From: an uncultured Verrucomicrobiae bacterium
GTDB taxonomy: Bacteria > Verrucomicrobiota > Verrucomicrobiia > Chthoniobacterales > JAFAMB01
NCBI GenBank assembly: GCA_963837955.1
Contig: CAWIPH010000001.1
Span: forward strand, 192,001 to 256,000
Length of the DNA stretch: 64,000 bases
Direction: 5' to 3'
Both the position numbers and the translations under genes were made by a program. Under the pieces are notes generated by a model, which had not been told where the DNA came from, searched no databases, and saw nothing but the letters and a program-made list of their open reading frames with translations. This document shows positions 49,135 to 58,523 of the stretch, in pieces. Each line of letters opens with the position of its first letter. Position 1 is the stretch's first letter.

Positions 49135-49917
49135 TTTTCGAATGGGTCCGATCTCGAATTCCGGACTGATTTCGTTTTGCGCGGCGCAATAAAGCTCCAG
49201 AGCATGCAAGCCGAGTCGATGCATAGCGCTCAGCGCTAACTCCGGGGTGTTACACTCGCGGCTCAAATGCCCAAGGATTACCCGTTGTAAATTCTCGCTG
49301 GCAAGTTCCGCAACCAAAGCGGCTGCGGCCTCATTGGAAAGATGGCCGTGCCGGGACAGAATCCGCTGTTTTACCGACCACGGTCGCTTGGGATCGGCCT
49401 GAAGGCGCTGTTCGTCGTGATTGGTCTCGATGACGAGCGTGTGCACTTCCCGGATCCGTTCACGCGCAAGCTTGGTAGCGTAACCAAGATCGGTGAGAAA
49501 TCCGGCTGAACCATAATCGCTCGATAGAACAAAAGCGACTGGGTCAACCGCATCGTGCGGAACATAGAACGTCTGCACGTCAATATCCTGGATCGTAAAG
49601 GACGAACCGGTGGAGAAAATCTTATACCGGTTTGCCTCAGCAATACCCTCTCGGCAGAGATACTCTGCGGTAAGGGAGTTACAATAAATGGGGACGGCAA
49701 ACTTGCGGCAGAAGACCTTTAACCCGGCGACGTGATCACCGTGTTCATGAGTCAGAAGGATGCCATCGAGCGACTCCGGTTCGACGCCGACCGATCGCAA
49801 CCTTTGGGTGATCTGCCTGGCGCTGAAACCCGCGTCAATGAGGACCCGGCAACGACCAGAGGTTACCAAAGCACAATTACCGCCACTTCCACTGCCGAGC
49901 ACGGTGAGCTTAAACAC
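49039..49917 (-). CDS. MBL-fold metallo-hydrolase (YycJ/WalJ-like)
   Basis: LGSGSGGN, THEHGDH, PHDA, TDLG, ETNHD, GHLSN, HLS.ECN. Confidence 0.92.
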   Translation of the reverse strand: MFKLTVLGSGSGGNCALVTSGRCRVLIDAGFSARQITQRLRSVGVEPESLDGILLTHEHGDHVAGLKVFCRKFAVPIYCNSLTAEYLCREGIAEANRYKIFSTGSSFTIQDIDVQTFYVPHDAVDPVAFVLSSDYGSAGFLTDLGYATKLARERIREVHTLVIETNHDEQRLQADPKRPWSVKQRILSRHGHLSNEAAAALVAELASENLQRVILGHLSRECNTPELALSAMHRLGLHALELYCAAQNEISPEFEIGPIRKSAVSKKIDPVTSGHDNDEQAEYLLDLGWQAG

Positions 49918-50226
49918 TTCTCTCCTTGTATCGCATGACTCAGCCGCTGCCAAGCCCGATCAGCGAAAAAACCCCAACAGGTTGTGTTTTTACAAGCTGC
50001 GGAACCCAAGGGAGGCTATTTTCGGAATCGTGAAGAAGTAGTGCATTGATAGCTGTTGGCCTCCGATCAGCCCGACTGGTTCGCCGAAATGCGCTGGACA
50101 AAGAAGAGAAGCCCCGGGAACAACCACAGACCTTGGCATGGAAATTAGTTAGCCCTGTTTCTCAAAAAATGGTTGCCATCCCGACAGTTTATCTGGAGTT
50201 ATTGGCGTATCCCCCGTCAGCTGTAC

Positions 50227-50835
50227 ATGAACCGTTACATCACCTATTTAATTATGGGGCCGCCTGGCAGCGGCAAAGGGACGCAGGGCAAAGTTCTCGG
50301 GACCGTACCTCGTTTCTTTCATTGCGCCTGCGGAGAGGTCTTTCGGTCTTTAGATACCCGGACGGCGCTGGGCAAACAATTTATCGATTACTCGAGCAAA
50401 GGACAACTCGTTCCCGATGACCTTACGGTTCAGCTTTGGCACAGCAGCATCGACGCCCAAGTCGTCGGAGGGCATTTCAAGCCGGATATCGACGCCTTGG
50501 TGCTGGATGGGATCCCGCGCACTGCGAATCAAGCGAGCCTGATGAAAGACATCATCGACGTAAGACGAGTGCTCCATCTTTCTTGTCCGAATCGCACTGA
50601 GTTGGTCCGTCGCTTACGCAAACGCGCGCTTAAAGACAACAGGCTCGACGACGCGAGCGAAACGGTTATTCAGGATCGGCTTCGTGCTTACGACGAGGAG
50701 ACTAAACCTGTCCTTTCCTATTTCGAAGGCATCGTCACTTCGATCGATGCGACTCAGCCGCCGGTGAAAGTGTTATACGATCTGCTCGGCGCAATCTGGG
50801 AATCCCGCAACGGGACCTGGCAATTCAACGCCTAG
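50227..50835 (+). CDS. adk: Adenylate kinase (short-LID type)
   Basis: GPPGSGKGTQ, GQLVPDD, LDGIPRT..QA, R.DD. Confidence 0.9.
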   Translation: MNRYITYLIMGPPGSGKGTQGKVLGTVPRFFHCACGEVFRSLDTRTALGKQFIDYSSKGQLVPDDLTVQLWHSSIDAQVVGGHFKPDIDALVLDGIPRTANQASLMKDIIDVRRVLHLSCPNRTELVRRLRKRALKDNRLDDASETVIQDRLRAYDEETKPVLSYFEGIVTSIDATQPPVKVLYDLLGAIWESRNGTWQFNA

Positions 50836-50902
50836 GAATAGCCCACTGCGTAGCAAAAACAAAGGCTGCGCCTTGAGACGTTGCCGGTGCTGCCGGTAAA
50901 GT

Positions 50903-51871
50903 GTGGTCGTGAACACTCCTTTGCGGGTCGTCTTTATGGGAAGCGGCGAAATCGGTTTGCCCACATTGCGTTGGCTGCTTCAGTCCCCGAAAGTGCATTT
51001 GGTGGGACTCGTCACCCAACCGGATAAACCGGTCGGAAGATCTCAGGCGCTGACCGCACCCGCCCCCAAACAATTGGCTGGCTCTATCGGAATTCCGGTG
51101 CTGCAACCGCCTCGTGTCCGGAAACCGGAAGCTCTAGCCGATATTGCAGCACTCCGGCCCGACTTGATTGTCGTGATGGCCTACGGCCAGATCTTACCGA
51201 AAGCGCTTTTAGAGATACCCACGATCACCTGCTTGAATCTTCATGCTTCGCTCCTTCCCCGGCATCGCGGTGCTGCGCCGATCCAATCCTCGATTCTCGC
51301 CGGGGACACCACTTCAGGAATTACCGTGATGTATATGGCGGAAGGATTGGATACCGGAGATATTCTTCTACAGAAAAGTCTATCGATCCGCCATCGTGAG
51401 ACGGGCAGCAGTCTGCACGATCGTTTAGCCGCGCTCGCCCCCGAGACCCTGGAGACTGCGTTGGAAATGCTCATTCGCGAGGAAGCACCACGCCTCACAC
51501 AGGTGGAAGACCAAGCAACCTATGCAGGCAAATTGGATCGAGACTCAGGATTGGTGGACTGGAGCGAATCGTGTTGGCAGATTGATCGCTTGATTCGAGC
51601 GATGAATCCGTGGCCCGGAGCTTACACATTGCTTCCGGCGGACGGATCTCCTCGCCGGTTTAAGCTGCACAGAGTCCTGCCGATGCATCGACGAATAGGC
51701 GCTCCAGGCAAAGTATTGGGTAGCACAAACCGAGGCCTAATTGTCGGGACCGGCTCCGGTAGCATTTTGCTGTTGGAAGTGCAGTTGGAAGGTAAACGCC
51801 GCATGAGTGCGCGCGAGTTTGTACGCGGGTTTCCGTTGCCGGCCGGAGTGAGTCTTGGCGTGTCGGCGTGA
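50903..51871 (+). CDS. fmt: Methionyl-tRNA formyltransferase
   Basis: VTQPDKP.GR, AYGQIL, NLHASLLP..RGAAPIQ, GLDTGD. Confidence 0.97.
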   Translation: MVVNTPLRVVFMGSGEIGLPTLRWLLQSPKVHLVGLVTQPDKPVGRSQALTAPAPKQLAGSIGIPVLQPPRVRKPEALADIAALRPDLIVVMAYGQILPKALLEIPTITCLNLHASLLPRHRGAAPIQSSILAGDTTSGITVMYMAEGLDTGDILLQKSLSIRHRETGSSLHDRLAALAPETLETALEMLIREEAPRLTQVEDQATYAGKLDRDSGLVDWSESCWQIDRLIRAMNPWPGAYTLLPADGSPRRFKLHRVLPMHRRIGAPGKVLGSTNRGLIVGTGSGSILLLEVQLEGKRRMSAREFVRGFPLPAGVSLGVSA

Positions 51872-52101
51872 CGGCGTGTCGGCGCCCATGATCGGTAGGG
51901 CGAAAACCGGCGCGCCACAAACGTTGTGATCTCTATTTATTGTTCGCGCCGGGTTTGAGCCGCGAGCGGCTTGCCCTGACACATGACTACGAACGAAAAC
52001 TGCTCTTCCCCTCCAACACGCCGAAACGCCGTCACGCCCATACGCCGTCACGCCAACACGCCGTCACGCCGACACGCCAACACGCCGACACGCCGTCACG
52101 C
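51856..52101. repeat. Inverted pair of octamer tandem arrays (YGGCGTGW ... WCACGCCR)
   Basis: 3.5 units at 51856-51884 and 11 units at 52016-52101; each arm contains the TGA of one convergent gene. Confidence 0.9.
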
Positions 52102-55100
52102 AGGCAGCGGCGCGGTGTCTTCGATTTTCGCTTCGGTGCGCCGGCGGAGTCGATCCAAGTAGAGATAAATGATCGGCGTCGTGTAGAGCGTAAGCATCTG
52201 CGAAACGATCAATCCACCGATGATCGCCACACCGAGCGGCTTGCGAATTTCTGAACCATCCCCTTGTCCTATGGCTAAGGGAATTGCACCAAACATTGCC
52301 GCCAAGGTGGTCATCATGATCGGCCTGAAACGAACGATACACGCTTCATAAATCGCTTCTGCCGGAGTCAATCGGTGCTCCCGTTCAGTTTCCAACGCAA
52401 AATCGACCATCATGATCGCGTTCTTTTTTACGATCCCGATCAAGAGGATGATTCCGATAATCGAGACAATGGACAGCTCGACTTGGCAAATAAGGAGAGC
52501 TAGCAACGCACCCAGACCGGCCGAGGGCAAGGTCGACAAAATCGTGATAGGATGGATAAAGCTTTCGTAAAGAATTCCGAGCACGATGTAGACCGCGACG
52601 ATCGCTGTAAGGATCAACACCGGCTCAGAAGAGAGCGAATCCTGGAACACCTGAGCAGTTCCCTGAAACCCTCCTCTGATGTCGTCCGGCATGTGAATTG
52701 CCGCAGCCGCTTTACTGATGATATCGGTTGCGTCTTTAAGTGAAGTACCTACGTCAAGGTTAAAGGAAAAGGTTACCGCTGGGAACTGACCCTGGTGATT
52801 GATCGAAGTAGGTGTATTCGTTGTCCGAAAGTGAGCAATCGCACTGAGCGGTACAACGATCCCGTGCGAACCGGTCACATAAATTTTGTCCAGGGCCGTT
52901 GGGTCCTGGAGATATTCCGGGAGAGCTTCCAAGACCACATGGAATTGGTTACGATCGGTGTACATCACCGAAACCTGCCTTTGGCCAAAAGCGCTATACA
53001 ACGCGCTATCCACTTGCTGCGGCTGAATACCGAGCTGGGCTGCTTTCTTTCGGTCGACCACCACATCTGATTGCAAACCCTGTTGCTGTTGGTCAGTTGT
53101 AAGATCTTTAAGTTTCGAATTCTTTTGCAGCTCAGCCATCAGCTTCGGAACCCAGGTATTGAGCTCTTTTTGGTCGGGGCAGACCAACGAGTAGATGTAT
53201 TGGCCCTTGGTAGGCCGGCCGCCGACTCTGATATCCTGAGTAGCTTGGAAAAAGCAGCCGATTCCAGGAATTCGCGAGGTTTTCGCACGGAGCCGAGCTA
53301 CGACCTGGGTTGCGTTATCTTTGCGTTCACTCCGAGGTTTCAAAGTGACGAACATGCGCCCTTGGCTGACGCTGCCGCCGCCGCCACTGCCGACTGCTGA
53401 GGTTATCGATGCGACAGCTGGGTCGCGTCTAACGATCTCGGCGACCTGGTTCTGCTTCTCGACCATTGCATCGAACGAAATATCCTGGGCGCCTTCCGTG
53501 ATCCCCATGATGGCGCCAGTGTCTTGCTGTGGGAAAAATCCCTTTGGCACGACGTTGTAAAGCCACACCGTTAAACAGAGCGTCGCCACCGTAACCAACA
53601 ACATCAAAAAGGAGTGTTTTAAGGTCCAACGCAGCGACCGCGCGTAGAAGCCAAGCATCCCGCTGAACATCGCTTCGGTGATCCGATAAAAATGGCCACG
53701 TGGTTGGTCGCGACGCTCTTCTTTGAGCAACCGGGAACAGAGCATCGGGGTTACGGTCAGCGAGACTATTCCTGATACCAAAATAGCAACGCTCAGCGTC
53801 ACGGAGAACTCATGGAATTGCCGTCCAATAATTCCCCCCATGAATAACAGCGGGATGAAAACGGCAACAAGCGAGATACTGATAGAGAGCACCGTGAACC
53901 CAATCTGTTTGGCGCCTTTAAAAGTAGCCTCAATCGGAGAAAGTCCTTGCTCAACATACCGAACAATATTTTCGATCACGACGATCGCGTCATCCACGAC
54001 AAACCCCACCGAGATAGTCAGCGCCATCAGCGAAATATTGTCCAAGCTGAAATTTAACAGGTACATCGCTGCAAAGGTGCCGGCGAGCGACAAAGGAACC
54101 GCCGCACAGGCGATAAAAGTCGTGGACACTCGCCGAAGAAAGAGAAAACAAACCATGACGACCAGGGCGACACTGATCAGTAATGAAGTCTGCACATCGG
54201 CAACTGACGCGCGAATTGTTAGTGTCCGATCACTTTGGATATCGATATGAATGGCTGGCGGAAGCCAACGCTGCAGCTGAGGCAGAATTTCCTTTATGCG
54301 GTCGACCGTCTCAATGACGTTAGCGTCCGCTTGCTTCCGAATAAACAGGACGACCGCTCGCTTTGAGTTGAACCAGGCGGCTTGTAACCGGTCCTCGGTC
54401 GCGTCGATAACGCGACCGACAGCGCTCAAAGGGATGGGCACGCCGTTTTTCTCGCCAATAATCAAATTTTTGTAATCGGCGGCCGTATACAACTGGTCGT
54501 TGGCATTGACTGTGAAACTGTCGAGATCGCCCTCAATTGACCCTTTGGGCTCATCCTTGTTTTGGCCCCGCAAAACATTGCGCACACTGTCGATACTGAG
54601 CCCCATCGAGGCGAGAGCCGCGGGATCAACCTGTACCCGCACAGCGGATTTCGCCCCTCCGCCAACACCAACCTGGCTTACACCCGGTACTTGGGATATC
54701 GCCGGAACCAGCAGCTCAGTCGCGTAGTTATATATCTGAGAGAGCGGGAATGCGTCGGAAGTCAAAGCGAGAATTAACACCGGAGCATCGTTCGGATTCG
54801 CTTTGTGATAGTTGGGAGGGGTCGGCAACCCAGGGGGAAGTTCATTCTGCGCGGCATTAATAGCAGCTTGAACGTCCCGGGCAGCAGCATTGATATCCCG
54901 GGAGAGATCGAATTGGAGCGTAATCTGCGTCCCGTTCATCTGATTGACCGAGGTGATTTCGCTCACCCCGGCAATATTGGCGAAACGCCTCTCTAACGGA
55001 GCCGCCAACGAAGTGGCCGCAGTCTCCGGGTCAACCCCTGGATAGTTAGCGGAAACGTTGATGGTCGGTAAGTCAACTTGCGGTAGCGGCGCGACCGGCA

Positions 55101-55194
55101 GGAAACGGTAAGCAACCAAGCCAGCCAGCATCAGCCCGATCGCCAGGAGCGAGGTGGCAATTGGTCGACGAATGAATGGCTCGGAAATGCTCAT
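52096..55194 (-). CDS. mdtC: RND efflux permease, MdtC-like
   Basis: FIRRPIATSLL, GFVVDDAIV, FFPQQDTG, GIVKKNAIMM; second RND gene of a tandem pair. Confidence 0.9.
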   Translation of the reverse strand: MSISEPFIRRPIATSLLAIGLMLAGLVAYRFLPVAPLPQVDLPTINVSANYPGVDPETAATSLAAPLERRFANIAGVSEITSVNQMNGTQITLQFDLSRDINAAARDVQAAINAAQNELPPGLPTPPNYHKANPNDAPVLILALTSDAFPLSQIYNYATELLVPAISQVPGVSQVGVGGGAKSAVRVQVDPAALASMGLSIDSVRNVLRGQNKDEPKGSIEGDLDSFTVNANDQLYTAADYKNLIIGEKNGVPIPLSAVGRVIDATEDRLQAAWFNSKRAVVLFIRKQADANVIETVDRIKEILPQLQRWLPPAIHIDIQSDRTLTIRASVADVQTSLLISVALVVMVCFLFLRRVSTTFIACAAVPLSLAGTFAAMYLLNFSLDNISLMALTISVGFVVDDAIVVIENIVRYVEQGLSPIEATFKGAKQIGFTVLSISISLVAVFIPLLFMGGIIGRQFHEFSVTLSVAILVSGIVSLTVTPMLCSRLLKEERRDQPRGHFYRITEAMFSGMLGFYARSLRWTLKHSFLMLLVTVATLCLTVWLYNVVPKGFFPQQDTGAIMGITEGAQDISFDAMVEKQNQVAEIVRRDPAVASITSAVGSGGGGSVSQGRMFVTLKPRSERKDNATQVVARLRAKTSRIPGIGCFFQATQDIRVGGRPTKGQYIYSLVCPDQKELNTWVPKLMAELQKNSKLKDLTTDQQQQGLQSDVVVDRKKAAQLGIQPQQVDSALYSAFGQRQVSVMYTDRNQFHVVLEALPEYLQDPTALDKIYVTGSHGIVVPLSAIAHFRTTNTPTSINHQGQFPAVTFSFNLDVGTSLKDATDIISKAAAAIHMPDDIRGGFQGTAQVFQDSLSSEPVLILTAIVAVYIVLGILYESFIHPITILSTLPSAGLGALLALLICQVELSIVSIIGIILLIGIVKKNAIMMVDFALETEREHRLTPAEAIYEACIVRFRPIMMTTLAAMFGAIPLAIGQGDGSEIRKPLGVAIIGGLIVSQMLTLYTTPIIYLYLDRLRRRTEAKIEDTAPLPA

Positions 55195-55205
55195 AAAACT
55201 GCCAA

Positions 55206-55261
55206 GGACCAGCTCCTGCTGCTCCGGTTATTCGTTTGGACAAACGGAGCTCGTCCCTACC
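55206..55261. repeat. Degenerate REP doublet (family A)
   Basis: GGACCAGCTCCTGCTGCTCC ... GGACAAACGGAGCTCGTCCCTACC. Confidence 0.7.
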
Positions 55262-55266
55262 GAAAA

Positions 55267-58200
55267 TTAGTGGATCATCGCGGGTTCGAGCTCAGCGGGT
55301 TTGGCCGGAGGCTGCTTCCGTCGCCGGCTCAGGAACTTCCCGAGCTTGTCCATATACAAATACATCACCGGGGTGGTGTAGAGCGTCAGAATTTGCGATA
55401 CCAACAGCCCACCAACGATCGTTATACCGAGGGGCTTCCGCAGCTCCGCTCCGGTTCCTTCCTGAATAGCGAGAGGCAAAGCGCCTAAAAGAGCTGCCAT
55501 CGTGGTCATCATGATCGGCCGAAAACGCAACAGGCACGCCTGATAAATTGACTCTTCCGGGGTCTTGCCTTCCTCGCGTTCGGCGTCGAGTGCAAAGTCG
55601 ATCATCATGATCGCGTTCTTCTTTACGATACCGATCAACAAGATTATCCCGACCAACGCAATCAACGAAAAATCGATATGGAAGATCAGGAGCGCGAGCA
55701 ATGCGCCAACACCGGCGGACGGAAGAGTCGATAAGATCGTGATCGGATGAATATAACTTTCATAGAGGACACCCAGGACGATGTATATCACCACGACTGC
55801 CGCAAGGATAAGGTACGGCTCTGATGCCAGCGATCGCTGGAACTCCGCCGCGGTCCCGGAAAAGCTGGTAGCGATTGTTTCGGGCATCCCGATCTTGGCT
55901 TTGGCCGCTTGAATAACTTGGACTGCTTCTCCTAGAGACTGCCCTGGCGCCAGATTGAACGAGATGGTGATGGCCGGAAATAGATTCTGATGAAGCACGG
56001 AGAGCGGCGCAATGGTAGTGCGCATAGTAGCGAAAGCCGACAGCGGAATCTGGGGGCCGCCCGTCGTAATTGCGCCGTTTGCGGTCACGGACCCGCTAGA
56101 GGAGATGTTAGCCTGGTTAATGCCGGAAGCATTGACGTAAATTTTGTCTAAAACGGACGGCGAGGTCTTAAACTTGGGCTGAGCTTCCAAGACGACCCAG
56201 AACTGGTTCAGCTGTGTAAAAATGATCGAGATCTGCCGCTGACCAAAACTGTCGTAGAGCACATTATCGATGGCATCGATTTGAACACCTAACCGGGACG
56301 CCTTCTCGCGATCGATATCTACGACTACCTGTTGCCCCTGCGATTGCTGATCGCTAGCCACGTCGCTCAAAGCCGGTGACTTCTTTAGCTCGTTCAGCAA
56401 TCTCGGAGTCCACTGAGCCAACTCCTCGGCGTTGGCATCCTCCAATACATACTGATATTGCGTGCGGCTAACTCGCGTGTCGATCTGCAGATCCTGAACC
56501 GACTGCATGAAAAGGCTGATACCCTGCAAATCCTTCGTCGCCTCCCGAAGCCGCCCAATAATTTGATCGGCGCTAGCGCTCCGTTTTTCGCGAGGCTTCA
56601 AAACAATGTACAGACGGCCGGTGTTCACGGTCGCATTGACGGTTCCGGCGCCGACAAATGCCGCGACATTCTGGACATCGGGATCCTTAAGAACGATGTC
56701 GGAAACTTCGTGCTGCTTCTCCAACATCGCCTTAAATGAGATGTTCTCGGCAGCGTCGGTCACTCCGATTATTTCGCCAGTATCTTGCTGCGGCAGCAAA
56801 CCTTTGGGCACGACAAGATAGAGGTAAATCGTCGCAACCAGCGTGACGATTGCCACAATGAGCGTAAACAAACGATTCCGCAAAACCCACTTCAGTCCGC
56901 TCTCGTAAAAGCGCAGCATCCCGTCGAACATCCGTTCACTCAGCTGGTAGAGCTTGCCGCGTTTCTTGTGATCGATCGGTTTGAGAAATTTCGCGCACAT
57001 CATTGGCGTCAGCGTGAGCGATACCAGAGCCGAAACAATGACTGCCACGCTAAGCGTGATGGCAAACTCCCGGAAAAGCCGGCCGACGATGCCGGTCATA
57101 AAGAGCAACGGAATGAATACGGCAATGAGAGAGATGCTCAGCGAAATGACGGTAAATCCGATTTGCCGCGCACCTTTTAAGGCAGCTAAGAGCGGTTCCT
57201 CACCAGCCTCAATGTAGCGGAAAATGTTCTCGATCATCACGATAGCGTCATCGACCACAAACCCGGTCGAGATGGTAAGAGCCATCAAAGAGAGGTTATT
57301 CAGGCTGAATCCAGCCAGGTACATAACCCCGAACGTGCCGATGAGAGAGAGAGGCAGGGCAACGCTCGGAATAATGGTCGCCCAAAGCCGCCGCAGAAAA
57401 ATGAAAATCACCAGGATGACTAACGCCACTGTCAAAATGAGCGTGAATTGCACATCCCGTACGGAGGCTCGGATGGTTTCCGTCCGGTCCGTCAAGATCG
57501 AGACATGAACTGTTGGAGGAAGCGACGCCGTTAACGTAGGAAGGAGTTTTTTGATACGATCGACAGTCTGGATGATGTTTGCCCCTGGCTGCCTTTGTAC
57601 GTCGACTAACACGGCCGGGGTCGAGCCAACCCACGCAGCCAACTGATCATCTTCCACCCCATCGACCACGTCCGCTACATCGCTCAAATGAACAGCGGCT
57701 CCATTCTTGTACGCGATGATCAATGGACGGTATTGGTCGGCAGTAAGTAATTGATCGTTAGACCCGATCATGTAGGACTGCCGTGCTCCATTAAAGCTCC
57801 CTTTCGGCGCGTCCACATTGGCTTGGGTTATGACGTTCCGCAGATCTTCCGGGCCCATGTTGAGTCCCGCGAGGGCAGTCGGATTGAATTGGATCCGGAC
57901 GGCTGGCTTCTGATTCCCTTCAATTGTTACGAGTCCGACACCGGCGACTTGACTCAGCTTCTCCGCGAGGAGCGTGTCGGCATAATCATTTACCTTAGCG
58001 ATAGGCAATGTTTCCGACGTGATTGCCAGTGTGAGAATCGGCGTATCAGCCGGGTTAACCTTATTGTAGACAGGAAGGTTTGGTAGATCGTTCGGGAGAT
58101 AACCTCTGGCTACATTGATCGCGGCCTGAACGTCCTGGGCTGCGACATCGATGTCGCGATTCAAATCAAATTGCAATGTGATCGTACTGACCCCAAACGA

Positions 58201-58452
58201 GCTTGTTGAGGTCATCGAAGTCAGGCCACTGATTTGATCAAATTGCGATTCGAGCGGAGTCGTCACCGCCGACGTCATCACCTGCGGACTTGCCCCGGGA
58301 TAACGGGTAACTACCTGGATGGTAGGAAAGTCGACCGTAGGCAGCGACGATATCGGGAGCAATGAGTATCCAAGGAGACCCAGCAGGATGACGCCCGCCA
58401 TGAGTAGCGAAGTCGCTATTGGCCGCCTGATGAAGGGTTCCGAAACGTTCAT
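55267..58452 (-). CDS. mdtB: RND efflux permease, MdtB-like
   Basis: YPGASP.VM.S.VT.PLE, KVNPADTPIL, SRTQYQY, YESYIHPITILSTLPSAG. Confidence 0.92.
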   Translation of the reverse strand: MNVSEPFIRRPIATSLLMAGVILLGLLGYSLLPISSLPTVDFPTIQVVTRYPGASPQVMTSAVTTPLESQFDQISGLTSMTSTSSFGVSTITLQFDLNRDIDVAAQDVQAAINVARGYLPNDLPNLPVYNKVNPADTPILTLAITSETLPIAKVNDYADTLLAEKLSQVAGVGLVTIEGNQKPAVRIQFNPTALAGLNMGPEDLRNVITQANVDAPKGSFNGARQSYMIGSNDQLLTADQYRPLIIAYKNGAAVHLSDVADVVDGVEDDQLAAWVGSTPAVLVDVQRQPGANIIQTVDRIKKLLPTLTASLPPTVHVSILTDRTETIRASVRDVQFTLILTVALVILVIFIFLRRLWATIIPSVALPLSLIGTFGVMYLAGFSLNNLSLMALTISTGFVVDDAIVMIENIFRYIEAGEEPLLAALKGARQIGFTVISLSISLIAVFIPLLFMTGIVGRLFREFAITLSVAVIVSALVSLTLTPMMCAKFLKPIDHKKRGKLYQLSERMFDGMLRFYESGLKWVLRNRLFTLIVAIVTLVATIYLYLVVPKGLLPQQDTGEIIGVTDAAENISFKAMLEKQHEVSDIVLKDPDVQNVAAFVGAGTVNATVNTGRLYIVLKPREKRSASADQIIGRLREATKDLQGISLFMQSVQDLQIDTRVSRTQYQYVLEDANAEELAQWTPRLLNELKKSPALSDVASDQQSQGQQVVVDIDREKASRLGVQIDAIDNVLYDSFGQRQISIIFTQLNQFWVVLEAQPKFKTSPSVLDKIYVNASGINQANISSSGSVTANGAITTGGPQIPLSAFATMRTTIAPLSVLHQNLFPAITISFNLAPGQSLGEAVQVIQAAKAKIGMPETIATSFSGTAAEFQRSLASEPYLILAAVVVIYIVLGVLYESYIHPITILSTLPSAGVGALLALLIFHIDFSLIALVGIILLIGIVKKNAIMMIDFALDAEREEGKTPEESIYQACLLRFRPIMMTTMAALLGALPLAIQEGTGAELRKPLGITIVGGLLVSQILTLYTTPVMYLYMDKLGKFLSRRRKQPPAKPAELEPAMIH

Positions 58453-58460
58453 AGTAGGAT

Positions 58461-58514
58461 GGTAGGACGAGCTCCCGCTCGTCCGAAGCGGACCAGCAAG
58501 AGTTGGTCCCTACC
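58461..58514. repeat. Inverted REP doublet (family A, REPIN-like)
   Basis: GGTAGGACGAGCTCCCGCTCGTCC-gaagc-GGACCAGCAAGAGTTGGTCCCTACC. Confidence 0.82.
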
Positions 58515-58523
58515 GAAAATTAC

